DNA of 64,000 bases from Aequorivita sp. (GCA_048264505.1 JBLXDA010000007.1:9407-73406); one strand, 5' to 3'; shown: positions 48,916 to 60,000, counted from the stretch's first letter. The notes: generated by a model not told the origin, from the sequence alone. Program-made: numbers and translations.

Positions 48916-50148
48916 CTACTCTTCAAATTCTTCTCTTAATATATTTATTACATCGCGGATTGTTTCCTCTTCTAGATCGGTACGTTTTACCAAATCGTTG
49001 ATGTCATGCTCTAATACACTCTTAGCGGTATCCAGTCCAATTTTATGGAATTCTTGGATAATCCAGCCTTCAATTTCGTCTGAGAATTCTGTTAATTCTA
49101 CATCTTCTTCTGCGCCTTCACGAAGCACATCTATCTCATAACCTGTAAGTTGACCTGCAAGGCGAATGTTATGCCCGCCACGACCAATTGCCTTACTCAC
49201 TTCTTCTGGACGAAGAATAACCTCAGCGCGTTTTTTCTCTTCATCTATCTTGATAGAAGTTACTTTTGCAGGGCTTAAAGCTCGCGTTATATAAAGGTTA
49301 AGATTGGTAGTGTAATTTATTACATCTATGTTTTCATTTCCTAATTCGCGAACTATTCCGTGAATTCTGGAACCTTTCATACCTACACAGGCTCCTACTG
49401 GATCTATACGATCGTCATACGAATCTACGGCAACTTTTGCTTTTTCGCCCGGTATACGAACAACTTTTTTTACGGTAATTAAGCCGTCAAATACTTCTGG
49501 TATCTCTTGTTCAAACAATTTTTCAAGGAAAATTGGATTCGCACGAGACATAATAATTGTCGGTTTGTTTCCTTTTAAGTCTACACTTTCAATAATTCCA
49601 CGAACGTTATCGCCTTTTCTGAAAAAATCTGAAGGAATTTGTTTTTCCTTCGGAAGTATTATCTCGTTGCCTTCATCATCTAGTAAGATAACGGCACGGT
49701 GACGTATGTGGTGAACTTCGGCGGTGTAAATTTCTCCTTCAAGATCTTTAAACTGCTTGTATATGATAGTATTATCGTGTTCGTGTATTTTTGAAATAAG
49801 GTTTTGGCGCAATGCTAAAATAGAACGACGACCAAGGTCTATAAGTTTTACTTCTTCAGAAACATCTTCACCAATTTCAAAATCTGGTTCAATTTTTCTT
49901 GCAGCCGTTAGCGAAATTTCTTCGTTAGGGTCTTCCACTTCACCATCTGCAACAACTATACGGTTTCTCCAAATTTCAAGATCTCCTTTATCTGGATTCA
50001 CAATGATATCGAAATTGTCATCACTTCCGTACTTTTTCTTAAGTGCGTTTCTGAAAACATCTTCTAGTATCGCCATTAGCGTTACTCTATCTATTTGTTT
50101 GTCGTCTTTAAATTCTGAAAAAGAATCGATTAGTGCTAAGTTTTCCAT
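48916..50148 (-). CDS. nusA: Transcription termination/antitermination factor NusA
   Basis: 410 aa with S1 and two KH domains (GACVGMKGSRI, IGRGGHNIRLA). Confidence 0.97.
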   Translation of the reverse strand: MENLALIDSFSEFKDDKQIDRVTLMAILEDVFRNALKKKYGSDDNFDIIVNPDKGDLEIWRNRIVVADGEVEDPNEEISLTAARKIEPDFEIGEDVSEEVKLIDLGRRSILALRQNLISKIHEHDNTIIYKQFKDLEGEIYTAEVHHIRHRAVILLDDEGNEIILPKEKQIPSDFFRKGDNVRGIIESVDLKGNKPTIIMSRANPIFLEKLFEQEIPEVFDGLITVKKVVRIPGEKAKVAVDSYDDRIDPVGACVGMKGSRIHGIVRELGNENIDVINYTTNLNLYITRALSPAKVTSIKIDEEKKRAEVILRPEEVSKAIGRGGHNIRLAGQLTGYEIDVLREGAEEDVELTEFSDEIEGWIIQEFHKIGLDTAKSVLEHDINDLVKRTDLEEETIRDVINILREEFEE

Positions 50149-50158
50149 ATCAATCCAA

Positions 50159-50623
50159 TTAAAATTTTATCATCACTTTTGCTTCCATAATATCTGTATA
50201 AGGCAGGGTAGCCTCTTTTTGAACGGTGACTTTTCCTTTACCAACTGGTTTAGGCTCGCGCGCAGACCATTTTAAAGTAAAGTTGTCTTCGTTAGCGGCG
50301 ATTATCTCGCCTTCAATTTTTTCGTCGTTTTTAGTTCGTATCTTTAGGCTTCTGCCTAAGTTCTTTTTATACTGTCTTGGCAATGTTAACGGTTCTGAAG
50401 CACCTGCCGACATCACTTCTAAAGAAAAATCAACTTCTTCTCGGTCTAGATTATGCTCTATAGCACGACTTACAGTAATACAGTCTTCTACCGTAACGCC
50501 CTTATCGCCGTCCAGGATGACCTTAATGTGATTATCTTCAGAAATATTTAGGTCGATCAAAAACAGTGAGTCGTTTTCATCTAATGCACTTTTAAGCAGT
50601 TGTGCAACTTTTTCACGCATCAT
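50159..50623 (-). CDS. rimP: Ribosome maturation factor RimP
   Basis: 154 aa, first gene of the conserved rimP-nusA-infB operon. Confidence 0.9.
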   Translation of the reverse strand: MMREKVAQLLKSALDENDSLFLIDLNISEDNHIKVILDGDKGVTVEDCITVSRAIEHNLDREEVDFSLEVMSAGASEPLTLPRQYKKNLGRSLKIRTKNDEKIEGEIIAANEDNFTLKWSAREPKPVGKGKVTVQKEATLPYTDIMEAKVMIKF

Positions 50624-50633
50624 TTTAAGCTAT

Positions 50634-50658
50634 AAAAAGAGGGGACTTTAGTCCCCTC
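50634..50658 (-). terminator. Terminator-like hairpin inside the rimP-nusA-infB leader (candidate attenuator)
   Basis: The minus strand reads GAGGGGAC-taaa-GTCCCCTC-TTTTT. The 8 bp GC-rich stem is 50639-50646 paired with 50651-50658. The U-run ends 10 nt before the rimP ATG. Confidence 0.55.
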
Positions 50659-50684
50659 AGATAGTATTCGTATCAAATTCTGTG

Positions 50685-50692
50685 CAAATATA
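50685..50692 (-). promoter_or_regulatory. Candidate -7 promoter box TATATTTG for rimP-nusA-infB
   Basis: Plus strand CAAATATA. Exact TAnnTTTG match about 27 nt upstream of the leader hairpin. Confidence 0.5.
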
Positions 50693-50785
50693 CTATAAAT
50701 TTTAATATTATAAAAACCAAGGCTAAACGATTTATTTTTTGTAATTTAATAGTTGAAATAAAAATCAATCTCAACTCCTTCTTTT

Positions 50786-51607
50786 ATGAAACATATACTC
50801 GTTCCTACAGATTTTTCTGAACAAGCTGAAAACGCTTTAAAAGTAGCTATAACCATAGCAAAAGAACACGATAGTAAAATATTTGTACTCCATTCTATGG
50901 AAATACCTATGCATCTTACTACTTCTGGTGACACTGGCAGCTTACCAGAGTCTTTATACTTCATTAAACTTGCAGAAAAACGCTTTGGAGACCTTAGAAA
51001 AACACCATACGTTCAAGGAATAAACCTTCATGAAACTATTGGTCATAATGAAATATACGAAGACATAGAGACAGCTTGCACTAAAAACAATATAGATCTT
51101 ATTGTTATGGGGTCTACAGGCGCAAGTGGCTTTAAAGAAATGTTTGTAGGTAGTAATACCGAAAAAGTTGTAAGAACCTCTAGAACACCTGTGTTAGTTA
51201 TAAAAAATAATCACCCAGAATTTAAAGTTGACGATTTTGTTTTTGCTTCAGATTTTTCAGACGAAGGTAGAAACGCTTTGTATAAAGCTCATAAATTTGC
51301 CAAAGACGTAGGCGCAAAAATGCATTTGCTCTTTGTAAATACCCCTGCCGACTTTAAAACCTCTTCTCAAGCTCAAAAAATAATGGAAAATTTTGTTCAA
51401 GGTGCCGGTGTAGAAAACTTCACATTAAATATATATAACGACACTTCTGTTGAGAAAGGAATTCTCAATTACGCTAAGCATATAAACGCACAGCTAATAG
51501 GAATGGGAACCCACGGACGCAAAGGGATCTCTCACTTCTTTAATGGTAGTATAAGTGAAGACATGATAAATCACGCCAATATGCCTGTAATAACTTTTAA
51601 AATTTAA
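50786..51607 (+). CDS. Universal stress protein, tandem Usp domains
   Basis: 273 aa with two Usp-like halves. Each carries a G-x2-G-x9-G(S/T)-type motif (MGSTGASGFKEMFVGSNT and MGTHGRKGISHFFNGS). Confidence 0.85.
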   Translation: MKHILVPTDFSEQAENALKVAITIAKEHDSKIFVLHSMEIPMHLTTSGDTGSLPESLYFIKLAEKRFGDLRKTPYVQGINLHETIGHNEIYEDIETACTKNNIDLIVMGSTGASGFKEMFVGSNTEKVVRTSRTPVLVIKNNHPEFKVDDFVFASDFSDEGRNALYKAHKFAKDVGAKMHLLFVNTPADFKTSSQAQKIMENFVQGAGVENFTLNIYNDTSVEKGILNYAKHINAQLIGMGTHGRKGISHFFNGSISEDMINHANMPVITFKI

Positions 51608-51634
51608 AATCACTAACCATATTTATATTCGCAA

Positions 51635-52924
51635 TTAAAGCCTGTGGTCTATTAGATCTACAGGCTTTCTGCTTAATGGCGGAAAGCGAAGCTTCTGTAT
51701 TTCTTCTGAAGTAGCAAACTCAAGCTTTGGAGCTACCCGCAGCTTTGCTCTAAAGTGATCTTTTATTTCTAAAAGCAATTCATCGGAAAGTGCTTCTGAA
51801 GCAATTTTTATAAGTATTTCGTCTGTCCCTAAATCGTTATGAGAGATTTCAATTACATAACTGTCTATAGCCGAAAAATTATTCAAAATATTATACATAG
51901 CTGGCGGATAGAGCGTAGTTCCTTTGTATTTAATCATCTGTTTTTTACGACCAACAACAGGGCCTAGTCGCAATGTATTTCTTCCACAATTGCAACCATC
52001 ATTATAAGCTTGTACCATATCGCCTGTTTTAAAACGCAATAACGGCATAGCTTCTACCCCTAAGGTTGTAATTGTAAGTTCACCTACTTCACCAGTAGCT
52101 ACAGGCTGATTATTTTCATCTAAAATTTCTGCAATAATTAGCTCTGGATGGTGATGCCCTCCATTATGCGTTTCACATTCGTTAAAAGCAGTACTCATTT
52201 CGGTAGAAGCATAAGTAGAAAACAATTCGATATTCCAGTCCTTCTTAATTTTTTTAGCCAAAATATTAAGCGAAAAATCCTGTTCGCGTATAGGTTCACC
52301 TATACAAATAGCCGCTTTTACACTTGTAGTAGTAAGATCTATATTGTGTTGTTGTGCGTATTCCACCAACTTCAACAAAAAGGAAGGCACCGTAATTAAA
52401 TAGGTAGGTTTAAACTTTTGAATGGAATCCCACTGCAATTCTGGAATACCAGAACCTACGCGTATTATACCTGCACCTAGCTTACGGGCGCCCAAAAAAT
52501 AGGCCATTCCAGCCATAAAACGCCTATCCATAGTAGTCATTAATTGCAAGGTATCTTCATTACTTACCCCACAACACCCAAAGGAAATAGCTTCGTTATA
52601 AGCTAATCGGTCTAAATCTGCATCGGTTAACGCAAAGGTAACTGGATCACCCAAGGTACCCGAAGTAGTTACATAATCTATAATTTTGGTTTTGGGAACA
52701 CAGATAAAATCGTCGTTGTACTTTTGAAGCTCGTCTTTTGTGGTAACAGGAATTTTATGCAGGTCTTCCATTTTATTAATTTCTGAAACCTCAATCTTGT
52801 TTTCTTCGAAAAAACGCTTGTAAAAAGGAGAATTCGTATTTAAATACTGTAGTGTTTCTCTCAGTTTCTCTTCTTGAAAGCTTTTAATTGCTTCTGAAGA
52901 TGATTTTTCTATTTCTGGAATCAT
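51635..52924 (-). CDS. Phenylacetate-CoA ligase (PaaK)/F390-synthetase-family adenylate-forming enzyme
   Basis: 429 aa with the P-loop-like VTTSGTLGDP. Length and layout fit the PaaK family. Confidence 0.78.
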   Translation of the reverse strand: MIPEIEKSSSEAIKSFQEEKLRETLQYLNTNSPFYKRFFEENKIEVSEINKMEDLHKIPVTTKDELQKYNDDFICVPKTKIIDYVTTSGTLGDPVTFALTDADLDRLAYNEAISFGCCGVSNEDTLQLMTTMDRRFMAGMAYFLGARKLGAGIIRVGSGIPELQWDSIQKFKPTYLITVPSFLLKLVEYAQQHNIDLTTTSVKAAICIGEPIREQDFSLNILAKKIKKDWNIELFSTYASTEMSTAFNECETHNGGHHHPELIIAEILDENNQPVATGEVGELTITTLGVEAMPLLRFKTGDMVQAYNDGCNCGRNTLRLGPVVGRKKQMIKYKGTTLYPPAMYNILNNFSAIDSYVIEISHNDLGTDEILIKIASEALSDELLLEIKDHFRAKLRVAPKLEFATSEEIQKLRFPPLSRKPVDLIDHRL

Positions 52925-52982
52925 TCCTTTAATGGTTTTCTTTATTTTTTTCTGCGCTTAGAATACTATAAATCATAAAACC

Positions 52983-54644
52983 TTAGCGGTTTAACTTCTT
53001 AAGGTATTTTTCTATGCGCTCTCTATCTGGGACGGTTGTTATTTCTTTTGTTAAAGCTGTTTGAAAAGCATTTCTGGCTGCTGCATTGTAATTTTTTTCA
53101 AAGTAATACTTTCCTGTTAAATAATACGCTTTCCAATACTCCGGATTTTTTTGCTGCAAGGCAAAGAAGGTTTTATCGGCAATAACTTCTTTGTTGTCTA
53201 TTGCTTTTTCAACATCTCTTTCTAAAATTCGGTATTCTTCATAATTTTTATATTCTTCAGAATAAATAAATGGGTCTTCCGCTATATTTTCATCTGTACT
53301 AGCTACAGTTGTAGTTAGTTGTCTCTCTTCGGCGTTTTTAAAAACTTCATCTAATTTATAAGCTACAAATTCACCTAACTGATACGGGTTTGAAGAAATC
53401 CATACTTCTTTTTGCTCGGGTTTAAAAACAATACCATGATGTGCCAAAAGCTGATTTAAGGCTTTTTCGTTTCCATAACCTATCTCTTTATCTGCTAAGC
53501 CGTTTTTGTTTCGCAATACAGCAACAGCATCTTCTACATCTAGTTTGTTATCTTCTTCTATTAACTCGTTCATTCTGTTAAAGCGATACATAGAATGGCT
53601 TTCTTCTATCCATTGGTTGTTGCGATTGTCATTTTTAAAGGCATCGCTCTGAAAGTGATTGCTACACACTAGCTTATCTGTATTTTCAACCTCATACACC
53701 CCAAAATTATCTGGGGCTACTTCTATTATTGCTGCTTTTTTATCTTTTGCACTACTTACAAAAATGGCTTCAGACACGAAGACTTCTCGCTTTTTGGCAA
53801 TTGCTATAGCCTCTTCTATAGTAGAAGCGTATTGCAAAATCTCTCTGGTAACAATAGCAATAGGTGTTTTTGCTACTAATGGAATTTCAGACTTGCCGGC
53901 ATTAATGGTTACGGTTAAACCCTGATCGTTCATACCAGAAACAACGCCCATCATTCCTCCCCAAGTAACCGACATAAACTTATGTCCTTCTGAAGGGTTT
54001 ACAAATGCGATGATTTTTTCTTTGGCAAAATCGTCTCCAGCATAAAAGTCAAAATTACGTCCTACTAACATATTTCCATCTACAGTTTTATCGCCCCAAA
54101 CGGCAAAAGAAGAACAGCCTACCAACATTAAATCCTGCATAGCATGACCTATATCGTGAGCTCCGTGTAGATAAAGCAAGCGCAGATACGGATCGCCTAT
54201 CTCGCCAAAATTTGAAGAAGAATACTGTGAAAGCCCATATATTTCGGCTTTGTACTCTTCTGGTATGTGTAAATACATCTTGCGATTATACCAGGCTAAA
54301 AATTTGCGCAATATGTATTGTTGCGTTTTTGAAGGCACTAAGTCTTCAACTTTATTAAAAAAGATAGCTTCTTGCTTCTGCATTAAATCTTGGGTTAAGC
54401 TTCCCGTAAGTTTTCCTATTTGCAATGGGTTTCCAGCAACATAAAGCTCCCAAAGACCTTGTTTGTTTTTCAGAAAAAAATTATTGTCGGCAACAAAAGT
54501 GCTGTCGTTAATTTTAACTTTTTGAGGAATACTTGCCTCATAGACACTTACATCTGGCCTGTTGTGAAGCGATTTAGAAACACCACAGGAGCTTAGAAAA
54601 ACTAGTAGTACTGCAAACGCAAAAAACCTCTCCCAGTATTTCAT
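52983..54644 (-). CDS. C45-family Ntn hydrolase/acyltransferase-like lipoprotein with TPR-like C-terminus
   Basis: 553 aa with the lipobox FLSSC. Candidate autoprocessing site LVG/CSSFAVWG, as in acyl-CoA:6-APA acyltransferase-type C45 proteins. Helical-repeat tail. Confidence 0.65.
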   Translation of the reverse strand: MKYWERFFAFAVLLVFLSSCGVSKSLHNRPDVSVYEASIPQKVKINDSTFVADNNFFLKNKQGLWELYVAGNPLQIGKLTGSLTQDLMQKQEAIFFNKVEDLVPSKTQQYILRKFLAWYNRKMYLHIPEEYKAEIYGLSQYSSSNFGEIGDPYLRLLYLHGAHDIGHAMQDLMLVGCSSFAVWGDKTVDGNMLVGRNFDFYAGDDFAKEKIIAFVNPSEGHKFMSVTWGGMMGVVSGMNDQGLTVTINAGKSEIPLVAKTPIAIVTREILQYASTIEEAIAIAKKREVFVSEAIFVSSAKDKKAAIIEVAPDNFGVYEVENTDKLVCSNHFQSDAFKNDNRNNQWIEESHSMYRFNRMNELIEEDNKLDVEDAVAVLRNKNGLADKEIGYGNEKALNQLLAHHGIVFKPEQKEVWISSNPYQLGEFVAYKLDEVFKNAEERQLTTTVASTDENIAEDPFIYSEEYKNYEEYRILERDVEKAIDNKEVIADKTFFALQQKNPEYWKAYYLTGKYYFEKNYNAAARNAFQTALTKEITTVPDRERIEKYLKKLNR

Positions 54645-54645
54645 T

Positions 54646-55539
54646 TTAACTAGTTTGTTTTTTCAGTTTCAGAATACGCTTATTTGTTTTAGTAAGGGTT
54701 CTTTTCTCTTTGTAGTCTATCCATTTTTGCCCAAAAGACTTGCGCATTATATTTTCAAAATGACGCATTATAAATACATTGTAAAGCATATTCACAAAAC
54801 GCGCTGGATGACGTGGAAAAGCGCGTAATGTCATAGAAAAACCACCGTCTAGATATTTAATATAATGCCAATAACCGCTAGGCATATACAGCGCGTCTCC
54901 GTGTTTCATTGTAGCTTCTAGCCCTTCTAAATACTGAAGCGCAGGAAATTTATTATAATCTGGATTATCTAGATCTACGGTTTCTAAATTATGAACCGCA
55001 AAAGGTATTTTATATAGATATTTGGTTTGTTTAGGCGAAAAAAGAGTCACTTGTTTTGTGCCGTGAAAGTGAAAATGCACCAAATCTGCCAAATCCATAT
55101 CGTAATGAGGTAATACTTTAGAGCCTTCACCCCCAAAAAAGAGAACAGGAAGTCGTTTAAAAAACTTTAATCCTATATCTGGGTATTCAAAATCTTCTAA
55201 CAGACTAGGTAGCTTCACCTTTAAATCATAGAAAAAAATACGCAAATCTGTCGGTTTGGTTTTAATCAAACTAATGTAATCTGCCATTTTCATTTCTGTT
55301 GCAGGTTCGGCAGAATTTTGCTTTCCTTTTGTAGGCTCATTGTTGTAGAGCGGCACTATTTGTTCGCCTACCTGTTGCTGGATATAATCTAAGTTCCATT
55401 TTTGGTACGCCTTCCAATTATCTGTAAGGCCTTCTATTAAAACAGGTTTCTGGGGTTTGTAATAGTTCTCAACAAAATCCTTTTTCGAAATATTTCGGAC
55501 TCGTTCAATAAGTGTTGTTTTGATATGTCCCATAGCCAA
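54646..55539 (-). CDS. JmjC/cupin-like Fe(II)/2-oxoglutarate oxygenase-family protein
   Basis: 297 aa with the HxD motif (PHYDMD) and distal His (GYWHYIKY) in a cupin beta-strand context. Confidence 0.72.
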   Translation of the reverse strand: MAMGHIKTTLIERVRNISKKDFVENYYKPQKPVLIEGLTDNWKAYQKWNLDYIQQQVGEQIVPLYNNEPTKGKQNSAEPATEMKMADYISLIKTKPTDLRIFFYDLKVKLPSLLEDFEYPDIGLKFFKRLPVLFFGGEGSKVLPHYDMDLADLVHFHFHGTKQVTLFSPKQTKYLYKIPFAVHNLETVDLDNPDYNKFPALQYLEGLEATMKHGDALYMPSGYWHYIKYLDGGFSMTLRAFPRHPARFVNMLYNVFIMRHFENIMRKSFGQKWIDYKEKRTLTKTNKRILKLKKQTS

Positions 55540-55545
55540 AAAGCA

Positions 55546-57084
55546 TTATGTTATTTCCTCCTTTTTTGTGGCTTTTAATATTTTATTCAGCAGATATTCG
55601 CCTCCTAAAATTTCCGAACAGGTTACCACACCACTTATGGTAACCCCCAAAATACCGTGCATATTTAAACTTTGACCGGTAAAATATAAATTTTTGACTT
55701 TTGTTCGTGGGGAAACAAACGACTTTAACGGATTGTTTGCGTCTTTAACATAACCGTACATAGAGCCGTTGTTGCAGCCTATATAATCGCGGTAAGATAA
55801 AGGGGTAGAAGCGTAAACAGCCTCTATACAATCGCGCAAATTAGGGAACTTTTTCTCTAGTTCCTTTATGATAATTTCAGATTTATGGGCTTTAAACTCT
55901 TCGTAGGTTTGTCCTCTATCATTTTTTTGAGCGGCCGTATTAAAGGTATCTAACCAAGGTTCCATTTCATCAAAACGCATATAGGTCATCACCGTAATAT
56001 TATCGCCGTATTCCTCCATATTCTTCTTTATGCCCATAGAAAGCATATAGGCTTCAGGCCAGCTCTCCTGAGTGTAATTATGAACATCCCAAATAGATTT
56101 AGGATTTTTAAAATGATAGTAATTATGGTTTAAATACTTAAAGGTATTTGGTTTTAAAACTAAATAAAGGCTGAAGGCTGCAATCGTGCTTTCTATATTT
56201 TTTATACGACTTGTATAAGATTTCCTAAAATTTTCTTGCCCTATCATTTCAAGTGTCATTTTAGGGTCTACATTAGAAATAAACTTATCTGCGTAAAAGG
56301 TTTTACCATTTGCAGTTTTTACAGCAGTTACAAGGCCGTTTTCGGTTACAAATTTTGTCACCTCGTGGCGCTTATAGGCCTTCCCTCCTTTTTCGCGAAA
56401 GCGTGCCAATAAAGCTTTTGTAATCTGACTTCCGCCATTTATACAACGGTAAGAGCTCTCTATATACGAGTTTACAGAAAGCGCGTGCATATAAAAAGGG
56501 GTGCGATCTCCTTCGCCTGCATACAGCAAATTACTACCTCCTAAAACCGCGCGAAGTTTTTCGTTTTCTGTGATTGAATCTATAAATTCTTTAGCTCTTA
56601 TTTCAAAAAGTGAAGTGTTTTCGTAATAGGGTTTCCCTAGTTTTAATCCGTAAAGCGGAAAAAAACTACAGGTGTCTTGCATTTTTTTACAATAGGCTTC
56701 TATTGCATCTTTTTCTTCGGGGAAATCCTTAAGCAGTGTTCTCTTGAAATTTTCATAACCTTGTGCGTGCTTGTATTCCTTCGGGTCATCATCAAAAGTG
56801 ATAACATCAAAACCGTCTTCATCCATCTTTTTTAGGGTGATGTCGTCTAGTATATCTAAATACTTAAAATAACTGTATAGGTTTTGCCCTTCAGAAAGGC
56901 CGCCTATATAGTGTACGCCAGTATCAAAAATGGTTTTGTCGCGCACAAAAGTTTGAAGGTTCCCACCAAATTGTTGATTCTTTTCTAAAACGCAAACACT
57001 ATAGCCTTCTCTAGCAAGTATAATTGCCGAAACCAGTCCCCCTAGACCGCTCCCAATGATTACTACATCATATTTTTCACTCAT
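55546..57084 (-). CDS. FAD-dependent oxidoreductase, phytoene-desaturase (CrtI)-like family
   Basis: 512 aa with the N-terminal dinucleotide fold VVIIGSGLGGLVSA...EKN...GG. Confidence 0.85.
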   Translation of the reverse strand: MSEKYDVVIIGSGLGGLVSAIILAREGYSVCVLEKNQQFGGNLQTFVRDKTIFDTGVHYIGGLSEGQNLYSYFKYLDILDDITLKKMDEDGFDVITFDDDPKEYKHAQGYENFKRTLLKDFPEEKDAIEAYCKKMQDTCSFFPLYGLKLGKPYYENTSLFEIRAKEFIDSITENEKLRAVLGGSNLLYAGEGDRTPFYMHALSVNSYIESSYRCINGGSQITKALLARFREKGGKAYKRHEVTKFVTENGLVTAVKTANGKTFYADKFISNVDPKMTLEMIGQENFRKSYTSRIKNIESTIAAFSLYLVLKPNTFKYLNHNYYHFKNPKSIWDVHNYTQESWPEAYMLSMGIKKNMEEYGDNITVMTYMRFDEMEPWLDTFNTAAQKNDRGQTYEEFKAHKSEIIIKELEKKFPNLRDCIEAVYASTPLSYRDYIGCNNGSMYGYVKDANNPLKSFVSPRTKVKNLYFTGQSLNMHGILGVTISGVVTCSEILGGEYLLNKILKATKKEEIT

Positions 57085-60000
57085 TATACTTTGTTTCCCG
57101 TTGATTTAAAGATACTAATATTTGTATTTCCATACACTTTTTGATAGCCTAAGGTAATACTATTTTCACTTTTAGTTGAATTAGCCTCTTTTAGCAAAAC
57201 TATCATTTTAACATTAAGCTGGGGTGTTTTTAAAAGTATTTCTGAAAGCAATTGCTCTGTTGAAATTACTAAAACATCTACACTAGAAGGAAGATTTGTT
57301 GCTATAGAATCTGTAAAATAAAGCTTCTCGTACTTTTTTGTGATATAACTATGCTGAAGCATTGTTCGGGTTTCATCGTCTTCAATAAAACTGTAAATTT
57401 TTCGGTCTGGCCCGTCCAGCTTCAAAAGAAAATCAAGCTGACCATCTGCTTCAGAAAAATGACTTATAACACCGCTTTTAGGTAATTGGTTTAAAATTTC
57501 AAAGTATAGCTCTTTGTTTTCTTTTAAATCATTTTTTACGTTTCTATAGCGCGTATCGCCTTTATAGCGGTATTCTTCTAAAACAATCTTATGAAAATAA
57601 TCTGGGCCTTCAATAGTTTCGCGTAGTTTGGCAAATTCGGCTTTAAAATGCGTCCCTATTTTCTTGGCTTGTTGGGTGTGGTTTTCACCAAAAGATTGGT
57701 CTTCGGCTTTTATTCGCTCCAGTATTTTAACGGTAATACTCCCATCTTTTATAATAAAGCTCCCCTTCGGGTTAACCTCGCTATTTCCGTGAATTATTAC
57801 AGGGAGTATATCTAAATTAAAATGATTTGCCAGATAGAAGGCTCCTTTATGAAAACGCTTCACCTTATTGCTAGTGCTACGCGTACCTTCGGGAAAAGCC
57901 ATTAACGAATAACCTTGTTCTATTTTTTTCTGAAGGGGTTCTAAACTGTTTTCAATTCCGCTAGAAACTGGATAAAAATCTGCGCGTTGCACCGCTTTTC
58001 CAAAAACAGGCGAATTATACACCCAGTCATTCACAAGAAAGCAAATTTTAGGATGTAACATTCCTATCGCTAAAATATCTAGGAAAGAAGTGTGGTTTGC
58101 AATGATAATCGCTGGTTTCGAAAAATCTTCACCCACATCATTTATCACTTTCTTCTTTACAAACGGATTGGTATAAAGCACCGATTTCATAAACTTGGCA
58201 ATCAATTTGTGAAACCAACCCATTTTAATCTTTTTGCTGATTGGCAATAGTGGCATTAAAGTAACGCTATTGAGCGAAAGGCTTAAACCTCCTAGTCCAA
58301 AATATCCAAAAGAAAACAGTGAGTGCACAAACATTCTCGGCGTTATAGGGCGTTTTGTACTGCTACCTATAAACAGTTTAAAGAGCAAGGGCTGCACAGT
58401 AAAAGCCGTTATCATAGCCGAAAATATCCCTATTATAGAAACTATAGAGATAGAATACAAAGCTGGGTGTTTTGCAAAAACCAATACACCTACGCCCAAT
58501 ATGGTTGTTAAAACCGAAAGCATAATAGAGGTTTTGTGAGTAACCATCACTTTTTCGCCTGTGCGTAGCTCTTTAAGCAAGCCTTTAGTCATAAAAATAC
58601 TGTAATCTACACCTAAACCGAAGATAAACGTGGAAATTATAATATTGAAAATATTGAATTGAATATTAAAAAGCCCCATAATTCCAAGGGTTAAAAACCA
58701 CGTAAGAAATATAGGCACAGCAGTAACTAACGTAAGTGAAAAACTTCTGAAAAAGAGAAACAATATAAAAAGCACCGTTAGTAAACAGTAGCCTATTAAA
58801 CTGTTAAAGTCGTTCTTTAAATGCCCTAAAAAAGTCTCGTTCATCTCTTGGCGGTCAATTACAAGCGTATTTGGAATCTCCTTAAACACCTTTTTTATTT
58901 GTGAAGCATTGTCGTCTTCAAGTTTTATAAGGGTTGTAATAGTTGTAAAATCTGCTTCGGTACTTATGTAGTCTTCTAAAAGCACCGCAGGTATTTGCTG
59001 GTAATCTTCAGGTTTTAGCGCTTTAAAATCATTCTCTAAAAACGTATAAAAACTATTGAAAGTCGTGGGTTTAAAGCCTCTGTTTTCGCCACTGCCAATT
59101 AGGTTAGCCTTAATGCTGTCTTTTCTCTCTTGGCTCCAAAAGGCACTCCATTCGTCTATTTTTTTGCGTTGATCTCGTTGTGAATGCACCAAAGCACCAA
59201 TAGAGCTAAAACTACTTATGGTTCCTTCCTCTTTTAATACTTCCAGAGTTTCGTGTATAGAGTCATTAAGCTGAAGGGTGCCTTCTACAGATTTACCATA
59301 GGTTGCTAAATAGACAGATTTTGATGAAATATCTGTAAGCTCGTCTAAGTGTTGCAGCGCCATTTGCATTTCTTCAGACTCGTAATTAAGTTTAGAAATA
59401 TCTTTGTTAAACGCTACATTTTGATAGGTAAAAACGCTAATTGCCAGCACAAGGCCCAAACCTATCAACAACCATTTACTCTTGTGAAAAGGATAGTCGG
59501 CAACTTTGTCTAAAGCGTTAATTTGCTGTTTACGCGAAAGCGGGTTTTTATACACCAACGGAATAAAAAAGAGTGCAAAAACCGAAGCACCTAACACGCT
59601 AACCGCAGCAAAAATCCCTAAGTCTTGCAGCGCCTGAGAATCTAAAAACAACAGACATAAAAAAGCCAAAGCAGTGGTTAAACTACTCATTAAAATAGGC
59701 TCACTAACGTCTTTATACAAGCTCGCTAATGTTTCATTGTTGCGGATATGGGTTAATATATGTAATGAATAATCTAGAGTTACACCCAGTAAAACCGAGC
59801 CTATACCCAAAGATATAGCCGAAATTTCTGTACGTATTAAAAAGAGCAATGCCACGGCTAATAAACCTCCAAAAATAGTAGGTACAAATAGCACTATAGG
59901 CACATAAAGCTTGCGGTAAAAAATGATAAACACTATAATAAGCAAAGACATTGCTATACCTACAGTAAACTGAATATCGCCTTTTATTTGTTTCGCATTG

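Noticed and set aside
50624-50785. Search for a tRNA upstream of rimP (a metY-like arrangement, as in E. coli).
   Set aside because: No cloverleaf-compatible sequence and no GTTCGAATC-type T-loop were found. The region is AT-rich apart from the single leader hairpin.
50746-50964. A 72 aa minus-strand ORF overlapping the Usp gene start.
   Set aside because: It lies antisense to a well-supported Usp domain gene and shows no family resemblance. It would also collide with the rimP promoter region.
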